DNA of 56,636 nucleotides from an uncultured Candidatus Poseidoniales archaeon (GTDB lineage Archaea > Thermoplasmatota > Poseidoniia > Poseidoniales > Thalassarchaeaceae), in NCBI GenBank assembly GCA_964003245.1, contig CAXFIU010000003.1, positions 1 to 56,636 on the forward strand, in the 5' to 3' direction. A model generated the notes under the pieces. That model saw only the letters and a list, made by a program, of their open reading frames with translations. It ran no database searches and was not told the origin of the DNA. Below are positions 8,279 to 17,179 of the stretch, in pieces; the stretch's first letter is position 1; each line of letters starts with the position of its first letter. Both the position numbers and the translations under genes were made by a program.

Positions 8279-11167
8279 ATGGAGAGAGGTTTCGCGGCAG
8301 TGTTTATTACATCCTTGATCTTAATACAAGTAGGAAGTTTTACAGATACTAGTGAGTTAAATTACCAAATGAAGGCTATCGCGAAAGAACACGAACAGGG
8401 CCACGAAGAAACAATTAGTTTAGACATATTATTAGTTGGAAATTCTTATACAAGTTTTAATGACTTAGATCAGGAACTAGAAAGAATACTAGATGTATCA
8501 GGAGAAAATTCGAATGTACAATCTGTAACAGGAGGGGGTATGAAATTATCTGATCATTCAGAGGATTTAAACCAACAAAATAGTGAATTGAATTTAAAAC
8601 TTGCTGAAGGTCATGACTATGTAATCCTACAAGACCAAAGTCAAGTCCCATCATTCCCAACTAGTTCTGAGTTCTGGATTGATAGTAAAAATGCTGTCGA
8701 AGATCTGAATGAAAGAATAAAATTAGAAGGAGGAGAAACAATTCTACTAATGACATGGGGGCGAAAAGATGGTGATACGAATAACCCCATTCGAAATCCT
8801 GATTATTTGACAATGCAACTTCATCTTCAGCAAGGCTATGAAATGTATCTTGAAAATACAACTAATACTGAAAAACCTGTATTTTTAGCACCCGCAGGAC
8901 TTGCATTCAAAAATATCTACAATCAAGTTAACGAAACAGGAATTGATCCTTCACAAGGAGAAAATTCGTTTTCAAATCTTTACTCAGATGGGTCACATCC
9001 ATCGATAGATGGAACATATCTTACTTCTTGTGTAATTTATGCAGTAATTACTGGCGAGTCCCCCGTTGGGGAAAACTTTCCATCGGGAATATCGCAAGAA
9101 AGGGCGTTAGAATTACAAAAAGCTGCAGCAGATACTGTTTTCAATAATACTCCAGATTATCTCTATCCATTTGAGATTGAAGAAGGCCCAGGCGTAGAAT
9201 TTGGACCAGATTCAGGATCGGTCTTTGCCATTGACCCCGGAAGTCTAATAAATTTAAATGTTAATTATACAAATCTAGCTGAATTTAATGACGTAGTGAA
9301 CATTAAGATTCATGGCCCAGATAATTGGCTAATTGAATGGGAATACTCGTTAGATACATCAAACGGATTTGATTTCGACATATCCTCAGACACTACGGGA
9401 TGGACTGAATTCTCAATCACGGCTCCGATGACTGAAAATGGAATGCCCTTGGCAAATTCTTTGCATCAATTCTCAATGGAAATCAATTCTAACATTACGG
9501 GAAGTAATGACTGGTATAATTTTTCAATGAGGTATGGTTACTTCCATGGAGTTGAAATTGTAAATGGAGGAGGGACTTATTCTATTTCTCCATACGATGT
9601 TGCGACAATTGAAATGACTGCTAGAAACTTAGGCAATACCCAAAGAGATATTGCAGTAAGTGTAAGGCCGGTCGATGAAAATGGAACAGCATTAGGAGAT
9701 TTCGCGCAAGCATTTGCATTAGAAGATTGGAATGTTTTCATACAAGATAAAATGGAACTTAATGCAATGTGGCCTAATGAAACCGGAAAAATAAGATTTC
9801 AAATTCAGTCACCATACCTAGTAACAGGAACAATATTCTTTGAGATTAAAGTGTGGAGTACTGCTGTACCCGATGAAGCGATTAATGTCACACAAAGAGT
9901 AAACATTGTTCCAAGATCTGGTGGAAACCTAGAACTGAATAATATAGACTGTCAATTTGAAACTCAACCAGGAGATATTTGTCGAACGGAATTAATTGTA
10001 GAAAATACTGGAGATATTCCATATGATTTTGAATTAAGAATTAAAGAAACTCCGGATTGGATTGGCCTTGAAATCAGTGAAAGTAACATTAATCTAGATG
10101 CAGGACAGATTAAAAATCAGATTTATCTGAATATTTCAGTAGATGACGGCATTCTTTCAGGAGAGTCAGCAGAAATAATTGTTGAATTATGGGTAGATGG
10201 ATGGAATCCAGAAACAATTTCTTTTGAAGTAGTTGTTGGAGACTATTTTAATTGGGCTTTGATTGATGAAGTATATATTCATGATTATAATTATCAAGAG
10301 AGAACTGTGAATGTCTCCGCACGATGGACGATGGAAAATATTGGAAACATTAATGACGGGTTAGTTGTCAATTTAGATTGCAATATTTTCACTGATTTTG
10401 AGTTTGAATTACCTTCAGAGGCAGAAGAACAGAGTTCATCTAATCCACGTTCATTTGAAGTATTAGACGTAGAAATAGGGCAGATAATTAATTTCACTGC
10501 TTGGATGAATATTTCTTATGATGAAATCTCTCAAACTATGTTTTATGTTGAAGGACCGACACTATCTATTGAAGCAAGATCAATCAGAGATCCTAGAATA
10601 ATCTTTGAAAATAGCGTTACTGAAGAAGAAGACTTGTTTAAACAAAAAACGGATGAAATAGATAATGATGAAAAAGAATCAGTAATTATTGAATTCTTCA
10701 GAATTTGGCAGACAGTTATTATTAGCCTAGTTGTAATAATATTCGGAAGTATAGGGGTGGTGAAGGCAATACAATACAGACTAGAACAAGACCGGAAAAG
10801 ACTAGGCCTACCTTCAGAGGTGGAAGATGAAACAGCAGGAGAATGGATGTCAAAATTCATTAAGAAATCAGAGCCAAAGATTTTTGTTGAAAGTGAAACT
10901 ATAGACTCTAAGGGATTTGAATCAGATTTTATTAGCAAATCCAAACAAAAAGAGACAAGAATAAACGATGGCCCATCTAAGTATGATATCAAAATTGCTA
11001 GTAAGTCCCTAGATAAGGCAATGACAGAGGATGCACTAGAGGACATAGTAGAGTTAGCAGACGATATCACTATCGATAAAGAAATACATCCACAAAATTC
11101 ACATCTTGAAAAGGATGATTTTGAATCAAGACTCTCGAAACTAGGTAAAGGGAATAAAGAGGAATAA
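8279..11167 (+). CDS. Type I membrane surface protein: signal peptide, SGNH/DUF4886-like esterase domain, CARDB-like beta-sandwich repeats, TM helix, long charged cytoplasmic tail
   Basis: N-terminal hydrophobic leader. LLVGNSYT and LYSDGSHPSIDGTYLTSCVIYAVITGESP resemble SGNH/DUF4886 motifs. ARNLGNTQRDIAVSV, VENTGDIPYDFEL and MENIGNINDGLVV are CARDB-like strands. TM is IISLVVIIFGSIGVV. Many N-X-S/T sequons. Confidence 0.7.
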   Translation: MERGFAAVFITSLILIQVGSFTDTSELNYQMKAIAKEHEQGHEETISLDILLVGNSYTSFNDLDQELERILDVSGENSNVQSVTGGGMKLSDHSEDLNQQNSELNLKLAEGHDYVILQDQSQVPSFPTSSEFWIDSKNAVEDLNERIKLEGGETILLMTWGRKDGDTNNPIRNPDYLTMQLHLQQGYEMYLENTTNTEKPVFLAPAGLAFKNIYNQVNETGIDPSQGENSFSNLYSDGSHPSIDGTYLTSCVIYAVITGESPVGENFPSGISQERALELQKAAADTVFNNTPDYLYPFEIEEGPGVEFGPDSGSVFAIDPGSLINLNVNYTNLAEFNDVVNIKIHGPDNWLIEWEYSLDTSNGFDFDISSDTTGWTEFSITAPMTENGMPLANSLHQFSMEINSNITGSNDWYNFSMRYGYFHGVEIVNGGGTYSISPYDVATIEMTARNLGNTQRDIAVSVRPVDENGTALGDFAQAFALEDWNVFIQDKMELNAMWPNETGKIRFQIQSPYLVTGTIFFEIKVWSTAVPDEAINVTQRVNIVPRSGGNLELNNIDCQFETQPGDICRTELIVENTGDIPYDFELRIKETPDWIGLEISESNINLDAGQIKNQIYLNISVDDGILSGESAEIIVELWVDGWNPETISFEVVVGDYFNWALIDEVYIHDYNYQERTVNVSARWTMENIGNINDGLVVNLDCNIFTDFEFELPSEAEEQSSSNPRSFEVLDVEIGQIINFTAWMNISYDEISQTMFYVEGPTLSIEARSIRDPRIIFENSVTEEEDLFKQKTDEIDNDEKESVIIEFFRIWQTVIISLVVIIFGSIGVVKAIQYRLEQDRKRLGLPSEVEDETAGEWMSKFIKKSEPKIFVESETIDSKGFESDFISKSKQKETRINDGPSKYDIKIASKSLDKAMTEDALEDIVELADDITIDKEIHPQNSHLEKDDFESRLSKLGKGNKEE

Positions 11168-11896
11168 ATGTACGAATTAGGAGTAGATGAAGCAGGAAGA
11201 GGTCCTGCCATAGGACCTCTTGTTGTTTGTGCATTAGCCGTTCCAACCTCGGACATAGAAATTTTAACAAATATTGGCGCTAAAGATTCTAAATCTTTAA
11301 CTGGGAAAAAGAGAGTAGACTTGGCCAAGAAAATATATTCAGAAGTAGAAAAAAGAGATTGGAAAGTGGGACTGATTACTTGTAGTGCTCATAGGATAGA
11401 TAAGGAAAGAGACAGAACTAACCTGAATGATTTAGAAGTAGAATTATTCAAAGAAGCAATTACTACTACAAAAGTTGAAGAAAAATATGGAAAAATATAC
11501 TTGGATGCATGTGACATAAATGAGCAACGATTTGGTAATCGAGTTAGAGAATCACTAGGTCAAGATTGGGAGCAATGGACTATTGAATCGAAACATAAAA
11601 TGGACTTAGAAAATGTTTTAGTTGGTGCTGCAAGTATTCTTGCTAAAGTCCATAGAGATAATGAGATTGAGAAGATTGGGCAATTACTTAATCTGGATAT
11701 AGGAAGTGGTTACCCATCTGATCCGAAAACTAAAGTTGCAATTCGAGAATTAATAAAGGGAGATTTACCAAATAAATATTTGAGATGGTCTTGGGCGACA
11801 GTGGAGAATATTTGGAAAAAGGAGAATGAAAAACCTATTCCAGAAAGAGGACAAAAAGAGGGAAATAGTAAACAATCATCAATTAGTGATTGGTAA
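11168..11896 (+). CDS. rnhB: Ribonuclease HII
   Basis: GVDEAGRGPAIGPLVV active-site motif, DACD, ASILAKV. The ATG directly abuts the stop of the upstream gene (TAAATG at 11165..11170). Confidence 0.9.
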   Translation: MYELGVDEAGRGPAIGPLVVCALAVPTSDIEILTNIGAKDSKSLTGKKRVDLAKKIYSEVEKRDWKVGLITCSAHRIDKERDRTNLNDLEVELFKEAITTTKVEEKYGKIYLDACDINEQRFGNRVRESLGQDWEQWTIESKHKMDLENVLVGAASILAKVHRDNEIEKIGQLLNLDIGSGYPSDPKTKVAIRELIKGDLPNKYLRWSWATVENIWKKENEKPIPERGQKEGNSKQSSISDW

Positions 11897-11904
11897 ATAG
11901 TGAA

Positions 11905-13656
11905 ATGGAGAAGTCTAGTGGTGAGGGCGATATTATGGTTGATGCGGCAAATTGGGATTCTGAAATCATAAATATTGTCAGAAAATATGCTTTGCAAAAT
12001 GCTGTTGAATATGATGGCGCTGGACAATCAGGTTCAGTATTAGGAAGAATACTAGGAGAAAGATCAGATCTGAAAAGTAAAGCTAGAGAACTTAAACAAT
12101 TAGTAGATATTGAAGTCAAGAATGCAAATGACATGGCTCGGAATAAAGGAATTATAGTCGTTCGTGAACTATTAGAAAGTATCAATCCTGAGGCGTTAAA
12201 TAGACAAAAACAAGTGAAAAAAACTGGATTAAAAGATCTGCCAAATGCAATCAAGGGAGACGTGGTTTTGAGATTTGCTCCAAATCCTAACGGCCCTCTG
12301 ACATTAGGTCATGCTAGGGGCGTGACAATTAATTCAGAATATGCTAAAAATTATGATGGAAAAGTCGTACTGAGGTTTGACGATACAGATTCTAAAGTTA
12401 AACCTCCGCTAAAAGAAGCATATTCTTGGATTGAAGAAGATTACAAATGGTTAACTGGAAAGGAACCAGATATAATAGTAAGAGCATCAGAGAGAATGGA
12501 TATCTACATGAAATATGCTAAAAAAATGTTGAATGAAGGTTTTGGTTACGTCTGTAAATGCTCTGCGGAGAATTTTAAGAAATTAAGAGATAGTTCCAAA
12601 GAATGCCCTTGTAGAATAAAGGATTCTAAGGAAAATCTTTCAGATTGGGATGAAATGAATAATGGGATAATTAGTGAAGGAATGGCGGTTGTAAGAGTAA
12701 AAACAGAAATGAATCTTCCTAATCCAGCGCTTAGAGATTGGCCAGCATTAAGGATACAGCATACAACTCATCCTATGGTTGGAGATAAATACAAAGTTTG
12801 GCCATTGTTAGATTTTCAAAGCGCAATAGAAGATTACGAGCAAGGTGTCACCCACATAATAAGAGGAAAGGATTTAATGGATTCGACTAGGAAACAAACT
12901 TTACTTTACGAGCATTTTGAGTGGGAATATCCGGAAACATTGTATTGGGGTAGAGTTAAAATTCATGAATTTGGAAGTTTTTCTACATCGGGTATGAGAA
13001 AAGAAATAGAAAATGGAAATTACTCAGGTTGGGATGACCCAAGATTGCCCACCCTTAGAGCTCTCCGAAGAAGAGGTTTTGATTCAGATGCCATGAGAGA
13101 TTTTTGGATAGATCTTGGTTTGACGCAAAAGGATATTTCAGTATCACTACAAACAATAGAATCTTTCAATTCGAGTAAGATTGATTCAAATTGTGAAAGA
13201 AGAGTTTTTGTCAGAAACCCGCATGTAATTAGATTAGATGACAATAATATTCAAATTGAAAGAAAATTGAATCTTAATAAACATCCATTAAATGAAATTA
13301 AAGGACATAGAGAATGGGATTTGGAAGATCTAGAAATATATATAGAAGCTAGAGATTTAAAACATAGTGAAGTTCGTTTGAAGGATTTTGCAGATATTGA
13401 AATACAAGATTCTAATGGTATCATTCAATCAATTGAACGAACTGATAAAAGACAAATTGTACATTGGCTTCCAAAAACGATAGCGAAAAAAGCAATTCTT
13501 ACTATTCCAAAAGATAATCAAATAATTATACAAGAAGGTATGATGGAAGATATTCAAATAATTAAAAATAATGTCGTACAATTAGAAAGAGTAGGTTATG
13601 CTAAAATTGAATCTAATGATGATGGTGTCATAAAATTACTTTGGTTGCACGGATAA
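11905..13656 (+). CDS. gltX: Glutamate--tRNA ligase (archaeal type)
   Basis: RFAPNPNGPLTLGHARG (HIGH-type motif) and THIIRGKDL. The ORF opens at TTG 11890, overlapping the rnhB stop. ATG 11905 or ATG 11935 (preceded by GGTGAGGG) are the plausible starts. Confidence 0.9.
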   Translation: MEKSSGEGDIMVDAANWDSEIINIVRKYALQNAVEYDGAGQSGSVLGRILGERSDLKSKARELKQLVDIEVKNANDMARNKGIIVVRELLESINPEALNRQKQVKKTGLKDLPNAIKGDVVLRFAPNPNGPLTLGHARGVTINSEYAKNYDGKVVLRFDDTDSKVKPPLKEAYSWIEEDYKWLTGKEPDIIVRASERMDIYMKYAKKMLNEGFGYVCKCSAENFKKLRDSSKECPCRIKDSKENLSDWDEMNNGIISEGMAVVRVKTEMNLPNPALRDWPALRIQHTTHPMVGDKYKVWPLLDFQSAIEDYEQGVTHIIRGKDLMDSTRKQTLLYEHFEWEYPETLYWGRVKIHEFGSFSTSGMRKEIENGNYSGWDDPRLPTLRALRRRGFDSDAMRDFWIDLGLTQKDISVSLQTIESFNSSKIDSNCERRVFVRNPHVIRLDDNNIQIERKLNLNKHPLNEIKGHREWDLEDLEIYIEARDLKHSEVRLKDFADIEIQDSNGIIQSIERTDKRQIVHWLPKTIAKKAILTIPKDNQIIIQEGMMEDIQIIKNNVVQLERVGYAKIESNDDGVIKLLWLHG

Positions 13657-13736
13657 GTAATTAATAAGGTCAAAGTGATGTAATTTGCATCTATTAAGCG
13701 TCGCATTGAAGTCTAATAAGTTAACCACGGTAGTTC

Positions 13737-15752
13737 ATGAACGGGCACTTGGCTGTTAGGTCCTTGGCCATAGTTGGCCTATTGGTGGTTTCTTTTTTCT
13801 CCGCACCAGCATACGCTCAAGATACTGGGAATGAAAATATATCGTGCTGTAGCAACACGGGTTTTGACCTGTTTTTATTGGATGAATCTTCTAATGGAAA
13901 ACTTTCTCCATTTGAAAATGAACTTTCAGATGAACAAGAATCAACCGTCACAGCATGGCAACAAGGAGAAGTAGAAGTTGGAACGTGGGAAACCATTTGG
14001 GGCACCGAGGGAGATTATCCAGCGGAAACTTGGACTTTCACAATACCTTACTTGGTTGAAGGAGCAGCCGGAGTTACAATTAATGCAACATTAGATATTA
14101 GAATAGGTGGTTCATTTTACTCGGGTGGTTCGGGACTTAACGGCGTAGAGCCTGTTCTAAATGCTGAAGGAAATCTAGAAATCACTGTACAAGTTTCTTC
14201 AGGCTCAGTAAATGACGGAGATAAATTAGAAGTCTCACTTTCTGTAAATAGTCTACTTTTCTCGAATCCTACTCAAGAAGCTGGATTGACTTTCAAATGG
14301 GGTTCTGATGATTCAGTAGGAAAGGTAACAGGAAAGATGCCATTGGTCGACATCAAAATAAAAGAGGCAAGTGTGACTTCAGGCCTTGTATATTTCCCAA
14401 TTGTTCTGAATTCTGGATTTGGAGGCGAAATGTGGTCTCTATCTAGCGGTAGTTTCAATCTACAAGGATCGCCATTAACTCTGAGCCCAATTGCAACGCC
14501 TCTAGAATCGGGAGTTGAAGTGACTTTTGTCTGGGAAATGCCTGAAGGAACAGAGAGTGGAACGTATTCTACTGAATTTATTCTATCGCCTCAATCTGGT
14601 TTAGAAATCTCTGCATCGAAGAACCACAATATAGATGTCGACGATGAAAATGGAGGAGGAGGTAGCTATTATCCCTCATCTGAACCTCTAAGAGGCAGTG
14701 GTTCAGAAATCAGTGTTGAAATCGATATTAAATTTGAAGGTGACTCGATAGAAAAAAATATTGAGATTTCTTTTGACAGTGCTATGTCTCAATGGATGAG
14801 ATGGGGGATGGACAATATTGGCAATTCTAGTTTAGATTCTAATAGTTGGTGGAAAAACTTGAACTCTTATTCTGATTCAGTTGCAACATCGCATAGAAAT
14901 AATGGAAAAGTAGATGATGATGAATTACTAGCATTGACTTCCCATATTACTGGCTCTTCTTCTGACATGCGATCATTTATGCAAAATGGATTATCCTTAG
15001 ATATTGAATCAATTATCGGAATAAATCCTGTTGATTTAGGGCCTACTGAGTACCAAATAGACATGGGTGGAACGAGGTCTTTTGCAGCTGAAAAGATAAC
15101 TATTAAGATTGAAACTTCATATTCTGTGATTGAGAATGAAAGACAACTATTGATTGAGAATTTTATTCGTAATCCTTCAAATAATTATTGGAATGAGGTT
15201 AGTGTCGATTTAGAAATTAAAACATCAATGTTGGCAGGGTTAGGTCCTGTTTCTGCAGAGAATATTGATTTCGAACATAGAAGATGGATATTCTTAGAAT
15301 CAATAAATATTGAACAAGAAAGCTTGGATAAAGATGAAAATTTTAGAATTGAATTTCTTCCGTCGGGAAATATGGCTTTTAGTCCTCTAATTTCTGCAAT
15401 GCTATGTGTTTTTGCTTTATGCATAGCAATAGGTATGGGATTATTCTTGACTAGGAATAGAAGTAGTGCGCCTGCTTTAATTTCTGTTACATCCTTAGGA
15501 GGATTATCTTTGGTAATTTATGTATTAGGTATGCCAATGCAAATAGTTCTTGCAATTGTAGCCTCCAGTATATTGTTGGTATTTCCAATTTCACTCGTAT
15601 CACCTAAATCAAATAAGGAAAGAAGGAAGAAGAATAAATCCCCTAGGATTGAATGTCCTGCTTGTGGAACAAGTAATCCCGTCGAATCAGATGTTAGGCC
15701 ACTAAGAATAGAATGTTCAGGATGTGAAGTAATGCTCCGGATTGAAGAATAA
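13737..15752 (+). CDS. Surface protein with signal peptide, large ectodomain, three C-terminal TM helices and a cytoplasmic zinc ribbon
   Basis: Leader MNGHLAVRSLAIVGLLVVSFFSAPAYA. C-terminal TM helices start at LISAMLCVFALCIAIGMGLFL. The protein ends ECPACGTSNPV...ECSGCEVMLRIEE (CxxC...CxxC). Confidence 0.7.
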   Translation: MNGHLAVRSLAIVGLLVVSFFSAPAYAQDTGNENISCCSNTGFDLFLLDESSNGKLSPFENELSDEQESTVTAWQQGEVEVGTWETIWGTEGDYPAETWTFTIPYLVEGAAGVTINATLDIRIGGSFYSGGSGLNGVEPVLNAEGNLEITVQVSSGSVNDGDKLEVSLSVNSLLFSNPTQEAGLTFKWGSDDSVGKVTGKMPLVDIKIKEASVTSGLVYFPIVLNSGFGGEMWSLSSGSFNLQGSPLTLSPIATPLESGVEVTFVWEMPEGTESGTYSTEFILSPQSGLEISASKNHNIDVDDENGGGGSYYPSSEPLRGSGSEISVEIDIKFEGDSIEKNIEISFDSAMSQWMRWGMDNIGNSSLDSNSWWKNLNSYSDSVATSHRNNGKVDDDELLALTSHITGSSSDMRSFMQNGLSLDIESIIGINPVDLGPTEYQIDMGGTRSFAAEKITIKIETSYSVIENERQLLIENFIRNPSNNYWNEVSVDLEIKTSMLAGLGPVSAENIDFEHRRWIFLESINIEQESLDKDENFRIEFLPSGNMAFSPLISAMLCVFALCIAIGMGLFLTRNRSSAPALISVTSLGGLSLVIYVLGMPMQIVLAIVASSILLVFPISLVSPKSNKERRKKNKSPRIECPACGTSNPVESDVRPLRIECSGCEVMLRIEE

Positions 15753-16607
15753 TTATATCATTCCATCCCTAATTAATTTATCAATTACCTTACTAGAGGC
15801 AATATTCGAATTATTGTCTTTCCAATATAATCTAGCAGAGGAGATTTGCCCAGCTAAATCAGTAGACCAACCAGGAGCCAAAACACAATGCCAGACTATT
15901 TCTTCTAATCTGGATGTCGAGGGTTTTGACCTAATCAAAGAACCTCTGACTAAGTTAGATAATACACGTGCCTTTCCTTCTAAATCAAGACTAATCCACC
16001 TAGAAGAAATAGCATTCAATGTATTTTCATCAATCCATTCATATTCAGAGACATTAGGTTCTGGAACTTCAGGCAAGGGTACTACTTTGATTAATCCCTC
16101 ATCTAAAAGAAAATCCCTTAATGCAGAATAAATAGGATCATAAGTATTATCCATCGCAGAATTAATCCAATTGCCAGAAATTAACCATGGACGTAATCTA
16201 CGTGTCCTCAGACCATTTGGAGAAATCAATTGAGAGAGGGCATGAGCTTGAGATACTGAAGTCAAAGGGCCTTTTCTAGGATCTCCTTTATGACTTATTA
16301 ATCCATCAACAATCACTGTAGATATTGTTAATCTAAAAGGATTGGTTTCAAGTGATGTCACCTCAGAATCATCATCAATTATCTTTATCGAAGGTGAATT
16401 ATCAGAATTTTCAATAGAAAATTTTCTACGATAAGTTATTCCATTATCGACTAAAGAAGATTCTATGGCTGCCATTGAAAAGGAAGAAGAAAGTGTTGGT
16501 AAGCAAAGTAATAACAATGGCTCATTTAATCTTTCAATTTCTTTAGAAGCAGATAACAAAATTTCAGAAACCGAAGAAAACTGAGTCTCGTTGACTAGTA
16601 GCCTCAT
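15753..16607 (-). CDS. Hypothetical protein; possibly a degenerate DHH-fold (RecJ/Cdc45-like) domain lacking catalytic residues
   Basis: ATG-initiated 284-aa ORF immediately downstream of rps15 on the same strand. Eyeball-level similarity only to the DHH layout: LLLLCLPTLSSSFSMAAIESSL (motif I position), IKIIDDD (motif II), VIVDGLISHKG (DHH position), LLDEGLI (motif IV). Confidence 0.55.
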   Translation of the reverse strand: MRLLVNETQFSSVSEILLSASKEIERLNEPLLLLCLPTLSSSFSMAAIESSLVDNGITYRRKFSIENSDNSPSIKIIDDDSEVTSLETNPFRLTISTVIVDGLISHKGDPRKGPLTSVSQAHALSQLISPNGLRTRRLRPWLISGNWINSAMDNTYDPIYSALRDFLLDEGLIKVVPLPEVPEPNVSEYEWIDENTLNAISSRWISLDLEGKARVLSNLVRGSLIRSKPSTSRLEEIVWHCVLAPGWSTDLAGQISSARLYWKDNNSNIASSKVIDKLIRDGMI

Positions 16608-16649
16608 AATCCGCCGAGGAGGGGGTACTACAAATCTTATCCGCAGAAA

Positions 16650-17105
16650 TCATTCAACCATCAATCGCAATTGATCGCGTTTGTATGTCCATGTTGATGA
16701 AATTCGTCCAGTACCTACATAGTACTTAGCCAAACGACGTAATCGAGATTCACAGAGTTCCAGTTGACGACGATTGTGTAAATCTTTCTTATTACTTGAA
16801 AGATGATCTATCAAACTAAGTGCTTTACGCATTAAATTCATCATATCTTCAGGATATGTTGATTCTAGATTATTACGCGATAGTGTCTTAGATATTCTTT
16901 CGCCCATTACTAATCTTACATCTGGGACTGCGTGCATATCCCTTAGCAAGGTTCCGATTTTTGCAGATGAATGACCTTCATTCGCGTATTTTATGATTAA
17001 TTCCTCAACAGTCCCTTTATCTGATTCAGACCATGAAGGTGCTGTATCAGTGTTGGGCTTAGAAGACCCGCTAGTTCCTTTTCCTTTGCTGTGCATGCGT
17101 GCCAT
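16650..17105 (-). CDS. rps15: 30S ribosomal protein uS15 (S15P/S13e)
   Basis: MARMHSKGKGTSGS N-terminus and the C-terminal LESRLRRLAKYY-type segment are typical of archaeal S15. GAGGT lies about 7 nt upstream of the ATG. Confidence 0.95.
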   Translation of the reverse strand: MARMHSKGKGTSGSSKPNTDTAPSWSESDKGTVEELIIKYANEGHSSAKIGTLLRDMHAVPDVRLVMGERISKTLSRNNLESTYPEDMMNLMRKALSLIDHLSSNKKDLHNRRQLELCESRLRRLAKYYVGTGRISSTWTYKRDQLRLMVE

Positions 17106-17179
17106 GTGAAGACCTCAGGTAGCCGGCCGACTTGCTGCCCCTCTTTAATCGCTACGCAAACTCAAACAACCAATTTTGA

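Noticed and set aside
10543-11328. 261-aa minus-strand ORF
   Set aside because: It is antisense to the 3' end of the 962-aa gene and the 5' end of rnhB, both well supported. The product is Ser-rich and low-complexity, as expected for the mirror frame of a Glu/Asp/Lys-rich tail.
15742-16131. 129-aa plus-strand ORF
   Set aside because: It overlaps the longer ATG-initiated 284-aa minus-strand ORF that forms a tandem with rps15. It has no motif and no plausible upstream signal, and it begins inside the stop region of the preceding gene.
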